Positions 1 to 11,911 of a DNA stretch of 53,946 nucleotides are shown in pieces. This DNA comes from Vermamoeba vermiformis (Eukaryota): positions 62,001-115,946 of the forward strand of contig JBEWZL010000261.1 of NCBI GenBank assembly GCA_045837725.1, in the 5' to 3' direction. The notes beneath the pieces were generated by a model. That model was given only the letters and a program-made list of their open reading frames with translations. It was not told where the DNA came from and did no database searches. How positions within the stretch are numbered: the stretch's first letter is position 1; each line of letters starts with the position of its first letter. Both the position numbers and the translations under genes were made by a program.

Positions 1-729
1 GGTGTCAGTTTGACTGGTCCTGGCGAGGGCTTGCCGTTCACGATGCCGACATTGCCTGCCTTGCCGCTGGTCTCCTTCGGAGCTCCTCCGACAGTAACGC
101 CTAACAACGCTAATCGCGGTGACAACGTGACCTTCACTTTCACTTTTACTGTTGGGGAACCTGGTTTGACCACTCCTGTAGTAGCAATGTACGTGCAAAG
201 ATGGATGAACGGTTCTGAATCGCCCATTTCTCGCAACACTAACTTGGACTCGTTGACTGTCGGTACTACACACACAGTGAGCTTTACTGCTACGATTCCT
301 GACTCAATGGAGGACGGTTATTACCGCGTCATTTTCGGTGTGTGGGACAACAATTGGAGTAAGAACGTTTTCTGGCAAGATTGTGTCGCTGAACTTGGTA
401 TCAATAGCATTGTTGGTGGTCGAGGTAAGCCAGGTCACCGATACCAGTGGCCGTCAGATTTTTCTTATTTCGAACTAACTTATTGTATTTTATTAGAAAT
501 GCAACAAGTTTCTCCTGTTGACGGAACCAGTCCAAATGGAAATTCCAACAATCCTATTGATGGATCTAGCCCTAGTGGTGGTTCTAATAATCCTGTTGAC
601 GGATATACTCCCAATGGTGGTTCTTCTAATCCTTCGAAATCTCCCTCTGTTCGTCCCAGTACGGCCAGTTTTGTTGGATTCGAATTCGTCGTCCAATTTT
701 CTATCGCTCTCATCGCGCTTATATTGTAA
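1..729 (+). CDS. 3' part of a secreted/GPI-anchored surface protein: Ig-like beta-sandwich, 13-aa repeats, hydrophobic C-terminus (5' end outside window)
   Basis: Open frame to TAA at 729. Likely in-frame intron 425-496 (GTAAGC...TTAG). Beta-rich domain ending GYYRVIFGVWDNNW, Pro/Gly/Asn repeats, terminal hydrophobic stretch FVVQFSIALIALIL. Confidence 0.65.
   Translation, partial: GVSLTGPGEGLPFTMPTLPALPLVSFGAPPTVTPNNANRGDNVTFTFTFTVGEPGLTTPVVAMYVQRWMNGSESPISRNTNLDSLTVGTTHTVSFTATIPDSMEDGYYRVIFGVWDNNWSKNVFWQDCVAELGINSIVGGRGKPGHRYQWPSDFSYFELTYCILLEMQQVSPVDGTSPNGNSNNPIDGSSPSGGSNNPVDGYTPNGGSSNPSKSPSVRPSTASFVGFEFVVQFSIALIALIL
514..630 (+). repeat. Three imperfect 39-nt coding repeats (PVDGTSPNGNSNN / PIDGSSPSGGSNN / PVDGYTPNGGSSN)
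   Basis: Direct reading of the sequence and its translation. Confidence 0.85.
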
Positions 730-1067
730 TGTATTACAATGCCGTTTTAATATCTTGTTGTCACTTTTAAATAAACAAGTGCATGTCGATGCAGCGTATT
801 TCTCTCAAAGATAGATAAATCGTGCTATATTGTCACCGTCCATTGCATTTGTTGCTATTGAAAGCATCGTTAAATTCTTAAGCCAGTAAATTCTTCATTG
901 ATAAACACCTCCTTCATTTTAAGTGGTCATCAATTCCAACAGCGATGAAATTCTCGCTAGCTGCAATGTACTTGACGGCATTGATGTACCATGCTTCTAT
1001 GCTATTAATATTCGTTTTGGTCGCACTGAAGTTGCTTGGTCGGAGTCTCGTTTGAGGGATCATGTCC

Positions 1068-3810
1068 TTATTTTTGTTTATCGCGATGCAATATTATCAT
1101 TAATATGAATGCTACAACGCGATATCCGACGCCTAAGCCAATCATAGCAGCCATGTCTATGCCAAATCGATTGAGATTATAGTCCCACGTGTTGCTGCCC
1201 AGATCCAAGTCGTAAATATTCGCAAACGGAGCAACTTCACCAGCATAATACGCCTCGCTACTCCAAAATGCATATGATATGGCTTTGAGTTCGTAAGGGA
1301 ATAGCGTGATGAATCCACTCATAATGGCAGCGACTAACGTGGCAATAACAGCAGTCAAAGGAGCGTCTTTGCGATCAAAAATCATCGAGATCAGTGAGCC
1401 CAAGCCATAAACTGCAAAGTAGATGCCAAGACAGATCAAATACATTCGGCCTAGTGACGCCATAGGCATGCCAACCACGTACAACATGATGACGAAGTGA
1501 AGTGCAGCCAATGCAATGCGATAAAGCACGGACAAAGTGACGCCCAAGAAGTAACTCGCTCTGTTGTGTCCTGATGCTGCTTCGCGCCAGTAAATCACTC
1601 GTTCATCACCGAATGTTCGTACGCCTGCTGCTGATGCGGCGAGGCCGACAGCTACGTTCATGAACAGACCTTTCTGCGGGATAATGAACTCGAGAGATGA
1701 CGCGGAGAAAAGGACATATGGCGCTTTCAAAATGCCTCTGTACGCGCCACTGGCGGCCAATCCGATCAATATGCCAGCAATCAACGACAATCCGAGTTCG
1801 ATCAAGAGTGAGAGGTATCCAACTGCTTGTTGTTTGACTGCTCGAACATGAGCCAAATAGAGTTGCGTGAAGAAATTTGCACCACGTCTTCGTGCTACTT
1901 TCTTGATGTTGAAGTCTTTGTACGTCTCCGAAATCTCCTCTTTGTCCTTGGATTTCGATATTTTCTCTGTTGCTGATTTTTCCTCGTCGCTTGTAGACGA
2001 GCTGTAGTCACTGCTATTCTTTGAACTTTTTTGGTTTTCTCGCAAATCATCTTCCTCGATGAGCTCCGTAAGAAGGTCAAAGCCGTCTTGTTTCCACTTA
2101 TCCGCAAAGCTGATTCCATATTTGGAAACAGCATCCATCAGCGTGTCTGCTGGATTCTCGTACGCTGCAAACTCGATGCCCAAATGACGAGTGAAGTACA
2201 CTTGCGCGAATCGTTGAGGACCCAAGAACACTGTCTTGCCTCCTGGTGCAAGAATGAGCAAGTTGTCGAGTGAGTTCCAGATCTCCACACGAGGTTGATG
2301 GATCACCACTGCCACATTGATTGCTGTCAGTTTTGCAATCTTGTTCAGCACTTCACACACTTCGAGTGCCGATGACGCATCGAGTCCTGTGGTTGGTTCG
2401 TCCAAGAAGAGAATGAGAGGGGCTGCTGCGAGTTCCATGGCAATGTTCACTCGTTTTCTTTGACCTCCACTGATGCCTCGTTTCTCTTCGTTGCCAATTC
2501 GTTGATGTTTGATGTGACGGAGATTCAGCACGTCCAAGATACTTGGGTAAATAAGGTGTTAGAACGATGTAAAAATGAAAGTGTCAAGGTGTCAAAGTGT
2601 CATTCGATGACATGTGAAAAGCGGTCGATGAATGAAGGATGACTTACCTCTCACAGTATTCTCTTCGTTCTTTTTTGGTCCATGATGAAGGAAGTCGCAC
2701 ATCAGCAGAGTAACAAATGTTCTGCCAAACTGTCAGTTCGCGATGCATCACATCTTCTTGTGGCACGTATCCCACTGACGACTTGATGTACGACAGCGAT
2801 GTCTCCACGCCATTCACGCGCAATGTGCCTGTTCGTTGCCAGCGCGAATCGATCTTGTCCATCAACGTGCTGATGAAGATTGTTTTGCCTGCTCCTGATG
2901 GTCCCATGATTGCTGTCACATTGCCTGCTGTCATCTTGCCACTCACACCTGCCAACAGTGTCTTGTTCTTCTTTGGCAGCACGAGTCGAAGATCTTCGAA
3001 CTGAATGTCGAGTGGTGGCGATGATTTTCTGCTGCGTTGAAATCCTTCAACGAGAACATCAACTGCTGGCTTGATAATTTGAATTTGTGACTCGCTGAAC
3101 TCTTTTGCGACTTCATTTGAGCCAGCTAACTCGATATACTTGAATTTCTTTGCGTGAGACTGCGCTTTTTTGGATCGGGATAGGAGGTACCAAAAAAGTA
3201 TTGCTGCAACTACCAGATCCGGACCAATTAAAAATACCAATGCGCCGTAGAATCGTTGCTGCGACGCGCCTGCATTACAGACGCTCCAAAATTGGCATTC
3301 TATTGGTTCAGTTGCTCCTCGAGGACAATAAAATCCTTCAGGGCACTGGATCCGCGTTCTAAAATCAGGACAGTACCAGCCAGGGTCGCACACTACTGGT
3401 TCATACGTTCCTTGAGCGCTGCAAAGAGTTCCTTTCAATCGTGAGACTACGCAAGGCGGTGTTGGAGGGCACACTGACGGCCATGTCGCGTTGTTCGTTT
3501 CGTCAATAAATGGGCAATAAAAGCCTGGCCCGCATGCAGGTCCCGTCCCGTCTAAGGAAATTAATATTAACAAAATGTGCGTATTATGCGTGATTCAAAA
3601 TACGGTCTGAAAGTTGCCAGATCTAGCAATTTTCTTTGTGCTCCAACATACGATGCATACAATTAATGTATGTGATATTATTATTTAATACGTACTTTCT
3701 CCCATCCATATTGGTATTGCTATTGTATAGGGTTGTAAGCAAGTCGAATTACCATACTTGGCGATCGAGAAAAATATGATTATGCAAATTAATCCCGAAA
3801 TTCGAACCAT
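1068..3810 (-). CDS. ABCG half-transporter with signal peptide and Cys-rich extracellular N-domain (copy A); exons 3810-3696, 3551-2648, 2541-1068
   Basis: Walker A GPSGAGKT, signature ISGGQRKRV, Walker B LFLDEPT, H-loop IHQP. NBD-then-TMD order. CPxGxYCP repeats and a TM helix before the NBD. Splice phases are consistent. Confidence 0.93.
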
Positions 3811-4118
3811 AGCGCCTGCCCTGTTTTATAATAAATCAATACGTTAATAGAATAAATAATTGTTAAACGACTTCACAGATTTGGTTTGGATTTGGCGTAC
3901 GTTACTTACTAATCAAGTAATTTATTCATGACATCTAGTTAGTACCTAGGTACGACTCCGAAGTGATTTGGTGCGCCGAACTAGTATATCAACGGTTGTG
4001 CTCATAGCCGTTTAGCCGAACGTAATTTAATCGAATCTTTTTGACTGCTTTCTGTGCAACACAACAACAACAGTGCACAATCAAGGTTAGTTTGATTGCA
4101 TTAATTAATTATTTAATT

Positions 4119-5935
4119 ATGCAGCGCCGCAATATCTCGGCAAAGGATGATAAGGTAAGATCGCCGCACGAATTTTGCAACTCGAAGTCAAATTCCAAAG
4201 CCTTTAGATTTATAGTTATTAATTAATCATGATTTATAACTATTATTATATTACGCCACTATTTGGTACCAAAATACGTTTGGATGTGACCGTTAAAGCT
4301 TGTCTAATTGTTCGCTATTAGTTCCAAGACGATCCTGTCGTTATAACAATAGCTTCATTACGAGAACTCTATAATGCAACCTTAAGACCGCCGTTTCGAT
4401 TGCTCGACAGCGTAAAAGATCCGATCACAATCCCCTACATGCTAGCAAACAGAGAGCACCTAATAGGATTGATACTAGCACTCAAATATAACACCAAAGT
4501 ACCAAAATTAATATTTGCGCCCTATACATGGCAACAAGATGAGCTACATCTGCTCGAGGAAACGTTGGCTCATAACCAAGGCGTACAAGAGATAGAATTT
4601 GAAAAGGTTGGATTTTGCTCGAATTTTACGGAGAGTATAGTACGCATATTGAAGCGAAATAAGAACATTAAGAAGGTTTTCTTTAACCTGTCTCGGCTCG
4701 GCGTGGATGCGTGGGCTCGTTTCTGCGATGGCTTGGAATACTACAATTTTACTGAACTCACCTTATGCGGTCTATACTTAAATGAAACTCAAATGGCAGC
4801 GTTTTGTGAAGGACTTTCAATTAACCAAACGATCAGATCGGTAACTTTTAATAGCGAACAATTTCCTGGAAGATCATTAGAGCTATTATGCACGATGCTA
4901 GAGACCAATAGAACAATAGAGAAGATAGAATTCGTTAGCAGCTTGAACAATACGACCGATTATCGAGAGTTCAATAGAGCACTGAACGCGAACTTTTTGA
5001 AGTCATTTGCGCTCAAATCGAGCTTCTGCACCCCGATAAATATTGGCTTAATATCAGAAGCGTTGCAAAACAACACGTCTATCACGGAGTTGACACTTCA
5101 AGATGGCTTTATTTTTAAGACGCTTGGCAAAATTCTGCAGATCAACAAAACAATCAAAAAATTTGATCTTGGCTATAATTATACGTCACTCAATGACGAT
5201 GCTTTTTCAGCTTTGAAGTTAAAGGAGAACAATACAGTCACCGAGCTGTCGTTACATTCTTGCCGAAATCTGGCCTTACAAAAAATTCTAGAAGAGTTAG
5301 AACAAAATACAACGCTGAAAATATTAAGAATAGGCGACAATAATATGCTCCAGCCATCATCGTTGGAACATTTCGTGCGGAATACAACATTACAAGAATT
5401 TTATATTACGAACACCGTTTACCTGCCTCAGTTGGAACAATACGCAATGGCATTAGCGAATGGGCTGAAAGTCAACAAAACTTTGCGCAAATTCGAAGTA
5501 AATTTTGAAAATTTGAACGGATCAGATCTGCAGCGATTTTTCGAAGCACTGAAATCAAATACAACATTAACGTCTTTGGGAATTGGACCACTTAATCAGC
5601 ACAGAGGATTTGATGCTAGTTCTGAGTTCACTACGGAACTGGATTTGATCGTGGATCTGCTCAAAAAGAACAAGACTTTGCGACGCATCGAAGGTGCAGA
5701 CCATTTGCCAGGACTCAAACGTAACAGAGAAGCGCAAGACACTATTATAACGAATATGTGCATGTGGATCAAGATGATCTTGATGAAACCAAACTCGTTC
5801 ATTTTGCCGATCGAAGTGTGGTCAAACATTTTCAAATACACTTCGTATTCGTTCGTGCCCTTCGATTTCGAAAAGTTCTTCAACGATTCAATGGCTAAAG
5901 GCTTACCGCTGTGCGGATTATGTGTACATTTGTAA
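4119..5935 (+). CDS. RI/NLRC3-like LRR protein with C-terminal F-box-like motif (LRR-1); exons 4119-4154, 4322-5935
   Basis: Repeated LxxNxTLxxLxL units; C-terminal LPIEVWSNIFKY; short first exon ending at GTAAGA; exon 2 is in frame with ORF 4400. Confidence 0.88.
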
Positions 5936-6073
5936 AATAAAAACTTTGCCTGAAGGTAATGTAATCCGTACTTGCGCTTCCGATGAAACGTAGCGAGCGC
6001 TAATATTAACAAATACGTATGTCTATAATTTTTTTAGGTAAAATTAGGCTCAACTCCCGGCACCCATTTTGCT

Positions 6074-6104
6074 AAAAAAAAAAAATTTTTTTTTTTTTTT
6101 TTTT
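6074..6104. repeat. A12-T19 homopolymer tract upstream of LRR-2
   Basis: Seen directly. Confidence 0.85.
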
Positions 6105-6152
6105 AATAAGTCAACGAACATAAAGACGCACTGCGCTCTAGGTTAGAAATAC

Positions 6153-7971
6153 ATGATGGAGAAAAATAAGAAGCCGAGCAAGGAAGCGAAGGTAAGATCA
6201 GTTGATTTTACCGTTGTATGAACGGACCAATAATTATTCTTATTAGCTTAGAAAATTTCATCGTAATTTATTGTTCAATATTTTTATATTTGATTTTGGG
6301 CAATGCGATATTTAATTTTCAAAAAAACGGATTTAATTGACAAAATTTAATTCCTCACTTTGTACGAGTCTAATTTACTTATTTAAGACTGAAAATGCAC
6401 CTACGCTAGTAATATCATTAACACAACTTGCCAATGGATCCTTGCGACGCCCGTTTGAATTGGCCGAAACTTTTACAAACCCGATCCAGCTTCCATTTGT
6501 TAAAGATAATGTATGGCACCTATACGCACTGATAGAAGCACTAAGAGACAACAAATCAGTACTCAAAAATAACTTTTATCCCCTACGATTGGCAAAAAGC
6601 CGAATTAGGAAAACTGGAAGAAGCGTTATCGCACAACACCGGAGTTAAAGAGCTGAAATTTGATAGATTTACATTTACTGCGGCATTTATGGAGACATTA
6701 GTGCGTATATTAAAGAGGAACAAGACTATCAAAACAATAACGTTGGATTCGTCAGCGATCACCTTAAATTCATGGGCTCGATTCTGCGATGGTTTAGAAT
6801 ACTATAATATTACATGAAATATCAATAGATTGTTCAGGAGGACTATCGGTAGACCATATGAAAGCTTTTTGTGAAGGAATGGTAGTTAATCAAACAATTA
6901 GATCCGTCAAGTTTGCCCACGAACAATTTCCTGGAAAGTCTTTGGAGATATTATGCAGAATGATAGCTCGTCAACCTTGGATAGAGAAGCTAGATATAGC
7001 ACAAACAAACAACATTGATTTTTCAGATCTCAACCGAGTTTTGCAAGCGAATCACTTAAAAGTCTTGGGACTTAGATTTTGTTACCTCAGCGAAACAAAT
7101 ATGCAAACGATGTCAAAAGCACTGCAAGAAAATACGTCAATTACGGAGTTAAATTTGCAAGCGAATTCGTTAAATTTTAATGAACTGGGAAATATTTTGC
7201 GGAAGAACAAAACGATCAAAAAATTGAACGTGAGCAGATCATTTTCACTGAACGAAGAGAGCTTGGGATATTTGGACCTGAAAAACAACAAAACACTCAC
7301 GGATTTGAATATTTTCGGATGCAATTCCTTGGCGTTGCCGAAACTCCTCACAGAATTGGAAGAAAATACAACGCTGAAAATTCTAAGAATTGGAAACAAT
7401 ACAAACGTACGAGCGGACGTCATAGAACAATTTTTCAGAAAGAACGAGACCTTGCAAGAGTTGTACATTGAAAATCTATACACTATCGAGGATTTACTTC
7501 AATGTGCATCGGCATTAACAAACGTACTGAAAGTCAACAAAAGTTTGCGAAAATTAGCGGTCCCATTCGCGGATCTACCAGCGGATGCAATGGTGTCGTC
7601 TGTTGAAGTCGTTAAAAAAAAATACATCCTTAACTGATTTAAAACTTGCTAGCTTATCCATTCGCAGAAAAACGGATAATATGGAGCCTAAACTAAGTGA
7701 AATGTTGCTAGATTTGATCGTGGATCTGCTCAAAAAGAACAAGACTTTGCGACACATCGAAGGGGCAGACCATTTGCCAGGACTCAAACGCAACAGAGAA
7801 ATGCAAGACACTATTATAACGAATATGTGCATGTGGATCAAGATGATCTTGATGAAACCAAACTCGTTCATTTTGCCGATCGAAGTGTGGTCAAACATTT
7901 TCAAACATGCATCGACCTCGTTTGTCCTGTTCAATTTTGAGGAGTATTTTAGAGGCAATGCATCCTCGTAG
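6153..7971 (+). CDS. LRR-2, paralog of LRR-1; three apparent +1 indels (~6565, ~6814, ~7590), so either sequencing errors or a pseudogene
   Basis: Exon 1 6153-6191, exon 2 from ~6388. Homology to LRR-1 (WARFCDGLEYYN, EQFPGKSLE, shared C-terminus) continues across the frame changes. Confidence 0.8.
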
Positions 7972-8054
7972 CGATGTATTTGTACAAAATAATGAAAAGA
8001 ATTTTATATCAAACGTATTACAATTAGCGAGAAGTGATGCGTGACGGTTTTAAA

Positions 8055-8080
8055 CGGATTCAGCTAACCAAAAGTGATTC
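8055..8080 (+). promoter_or_regulatory. Candidate promoter element CGGATTCAGCTAA-N6-GTGATTC upstream of LRR-3
   Basis: Same bipartite motif and spacing at 10026-10051 upstream of LRR-4, in otherwise diverged flanks. Confidence 0.45.
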
Positions 8081-8137
8081 TTTCGTCCTGCTTCGAATTT
8101 TAACAAGCAGCGAAGCGAATTTTAACCAATAGCTATC

Positions 8138-9780
8138 ATGGCAAACTTCAGAAGAAACAAAGTAAGCTGGATTTCGGTAAGTGTAACTTTTCAAAGTTGA
8201 TTATTAATTGTACAAAAAATTGCGAAAATCGTGCCATAGGGCAGACAGTATCGTATTATATGGCTAGCTAATTTCGTAATTTTCTGATGCATAATTGTGT
8301 AGGAGAAGAAAATACAAAAAAAGACCCGGAGTCCATCCGTTCTAGAGTTCGAGCGATGGAAGGAGGAAACTGAATTCAACGCTCATATGAAGATATTATC
8401 GTTCAGTTACCTTCCCAAGGAACCAGAATCAGCTTAACAAACTTGTGGAAGATCTGACCCGACCTGATCTTTGTGTCACGAGGATAATATTCGATGGAGC
8501 CAAATTTGAAGTACATATTATGGAAGCCTTTGTTAATATTTTCAAACGAAACTTGCAGATCAAGACCGTGAAATTTACAGCGTGCGATATTCCGGATGCG
8601 TGCTTTGCCCGATTTTGCGATGCCCTAGAATATTGTCATTTCGAGTCGTTAGAATTGAGTACATTTTTGGGGCCAAAAAAACAATTCAGAATGTTAGCAG
8701 AAGGATTGAAAAATAATCAGACCATTACAAAATTCAAACTCAAAAATCAAGATCTAAAAGACCCGGGAATGTTCAAGTATATTTGCAAAGTACTAAAATC
8801 AAGTCCATCAATAACGAGCTTTAAATTGTGGGCTGGAACCGATGCACCAAATTTCAAAGATCTTGCTCGACAGATCCATCAAAATCGGCTGAAGCATTTA
8901 ACAATACGAAGCGATAATATTCCATTAGAACAATTAAGCAAAGCCCTTGAAAATACGTCGCTTCAAAGTCTAGAATTTAGATCCAAATCCATGAATTACG
9001 TTCTGCTCGGCGAAATTCTCCGTGCGAATAATTCAATTAAGAAATTGAAGTTAAACGGATCAATAATGACAATCAATTCTATATCAGAGCTCAAGTTATC
9101 AACGAACACAAGTCTGAAAGAATTATCAATTGTTGGTTGCTCGCCTGAGACCGGCACAACTTTATTCGCAGAATTAAAATTAAATACAACGCTAAAATCA
9201 CTAAGATTTGCACCAAATATTCAAGATCCAAATGCAACTTTAGACGTTGAGGCGTTACAACAATTCCTCGAAGAAAACAAAACACTAACAGAATTGAACC
9301 TGCCAGCCACATCGCGACGCGCATTAATTTATATAACCAACGGATTGAAGATTTAACACAAATTTACGAAAGCTATCGTTTTGGTTGTTGAATGAAGACA
9401 ATGACGCAGTACTGAACTTTATTCGCGATTTGAAACTCAATAGAGGCTTGACTCATATAAATCTAGGGCCTATTTTCAAACAAAACAAAATAATTAGCAG
9501 TATAATGGAGAATGCTTTAGTTAATTTATTGGCAGAGAACAAGACTTTGCGGTACATTGAAAGTACTGAGCACGTTCAGAGCGTTGAAGATAAGTTGAAA
9601 GAGAACAGAATCGAACAAGATATTATTATTAAGAATATGTGCATGTGGATCAAGATGATCTTGATGAAACCAAACTCGTTCATTTTGCCGATCGAAGTGT
9701 GGTCAAACATTTTCAAATACACTTCGTATTCGTTCGTGCCCTTCGATTTCGAAAAGTTCTTCAACGATTCAATGGCTTAA
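8138..9780 (+). CDS. LRR-3; two apparent +1 indels (~8415, ~9353)
   Basis: Exon 1 from ATG 8138 to the GTAAGT donor at ~8177, exon 2 from ~8302. FARFCDALEY motif, LRR units, shared C-terminal module. Confidence 0.8.
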
Positions 9781-10025
9781 TACTTACCGCTATGCAATTA
9801 TTTGTACGATTTGTTGGTTTAATTGTCAAATTGTATTAGAAGAGCTCTAATAAATGGAATGCGGTCGGAAATTAAACAAACCGGTAGATCCCGCATTTTT
9901 ATCCAATTTAGTTTTTTTATTCGTCGCCCTAACGATCTCCAACAAGCAATCCAAAAAGTGACACATCGGCGACGTTAATGTAACCACGTGCTTAAAACTT
10001 TCGACTTGAAAGAAAAGCGTGCACG

Positions 10026-10051
10026 CGGATTCAGCTAAAACGCTGTGATTC
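10026..10051 (+). promoter_or_regulatory. Second copy of CGGATTCAGCTAA-N6-GTGATTC, upstream of LRR-4
   Basis: Matches 8055-8080; lies ~90 bp before the ATG. Confidence 0.45.
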
Positions 10052-10116
10052 ATTCCAGCATTACTCTGATTCCGTTCATTACTGCTGTTAATCTGACGAA
10101 TTATTGCAGTAGCACT

Positions 10117-11867
10117 ATGAAGAGAAAGAAAGAAGCCTCAATTATAGCGAGCAACACAGTAGATTCGGTAATTAATCGATCCAGCTTCAAAAATTCTCAA
10201 ATAATATATTATATTATTTTCAGCTTATAAAAATTAGTATCTGTTTTTATAATATAATTAATAAATGGTTAAATTAAATAATTTATTAGGAGCGCAAGAT
10301 CTTCATTGCAACTTCGGATGCGTCCCTGCATCAATACACATGGGACCAAAAGCTTCAATACGGTCCTAATATTAGAAGTATACGATGCCCATTTCAATTT
10401 TCATTGCCAACGAGTCAAGTTATTGAAGCCCTAAGAGAAAATTCAACGGTCACTTCAATTTCATTCATTAACCGCCCGTGGAACCAGAAAGAACTCAATG
10501 ACTTAGTCGAATGCTTAACTGAATACAATAGAGGAATTACGATTATAGAGTTTGAAGGGATGGCAGTCACATCAATCATCGCGGAAGCGTTTGTCAAGAT
10601 CTTCAAACGAAATCCGCGGATCAAAACAGTCAAATTTTCTCAGTACTTCAATGGAATACCAAACGAATTTTTTGCACGATTTTGCGATGGTTTGGAGTAC
10701 TACCATATTGAATCGTTAGAATTGGATATCGTAAAATCTCGAGAGCAATTTCGGATCTTGTCCGAAGGTTTAAAACACAACCAATCACTGACCGAATTAT
10801 CGATCAAACAACAAACATTAACTGATGCCAAGTTATTCACGGAAATTTGCAACGGATTGCAAGCGAGTCCAACGATTTCAAGTTTCAGATTCGCAACCAA
10901 CGGAAACGATCTGTCGCAAGAAGATTACCGCGCATTATCAGAAGTCATTTTAAATAAGAAACTAAAGCACTTAACTCTAAAGGCTAATAGAATAGAATTT
11001 GGATATTTCGCGGGTGCATTGAAAAGAAGCACATCAATCCAAAGTTTACAGTTCGCTTCGCAACAAGCAAATTATGGATTTATCGGAGAAATTCTAAGAA
11101 CAAATAGTCATATTAAGAAACTCCATATAGACAGGTCTTCGATGGACGAGAAGTCAGTTTTGGACTTGGGATTATCGACGAACACTAGCCTTGAAGAATT
11201 GTCCATTGACAGCAGTGCATTGACCGGTGAAACATTATTCCTCGAATTACAACAAAATTCAACGCTAAAATCATTGACATTTGCACATTCGCTGGTCTTT
11301 GATGTCGTTGGACTCCAAGAACTTCTCAAAATCAATACGTCATTGACGGAGTTGAATCTGCCTGTGGAAGTTTTTTCTGATAATCATGCGTGCAGATATT
11401 TAGCCAATGGGTTAATCAATAACACGACGTTGCGCAAATTGACCTGCAAATTGGGTTATCAAGATCATTCGGCAGTAATGAAATTTTTGCAAGACATGAA
11501 ACACAATACAAGTTTGACGCATTTAAGTATGGGCCCAGAGCCAATGAGACTAGGCATGTTGAATAGGTATGGCGCCGCTGAGTTTTCCCGACTGGATCTG
11601 GTCATTCTTGATCTCGTCAATACGAACAAATCTTTGCGGTTCATTGAAGGAGCAGATGAATTCCCACAAATAGCAGAAAAGTTGAAAGAGAACAGACTCG
11701 AACAAGATATTATAATTAAGAATATGTGCACGTGGATCAAGATGATCTTGATGAAACCAAACTCGTTCATTTTGCCGATCGAAGTGTGGTCAAACATTTT
11801 CAAATACACTTCGTATTCATCCGTGCCATTTGACTTCGAGAAGTTCTTCAAAGACTCTATGGCTTAA
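10117..11867 (+). CDS. LRR-4, intact; exons 10117-10167, 10290-11867
   Basis: Exon 2 is in frame with ORF 10404; LRR units; C-terminal LPIEVWSNIFKY. Confidence 0.88.
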
Positions 11868-11911
11868 TCGCCACCGGTGACGTGACACTTCAATAAACTT
11901 TCTTTTTTGGC

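Noticed and set aside
6560-9360. Programmed ribosomal frameshifting in LRR-2 and LRR-3
   Set aside because: Positions are not shared between paralogs, LRR-1 and LRR-4 are intact, and there is no consistent slippery site.
5750-11867. Repeated ~90-200-bp blocks as a CRISPR array or transposon ends
   Set aside because: They are the coding 3' ends of four paralogous genes; there is no spacer periodicity, terminal inverted repeat or target-site duplication.
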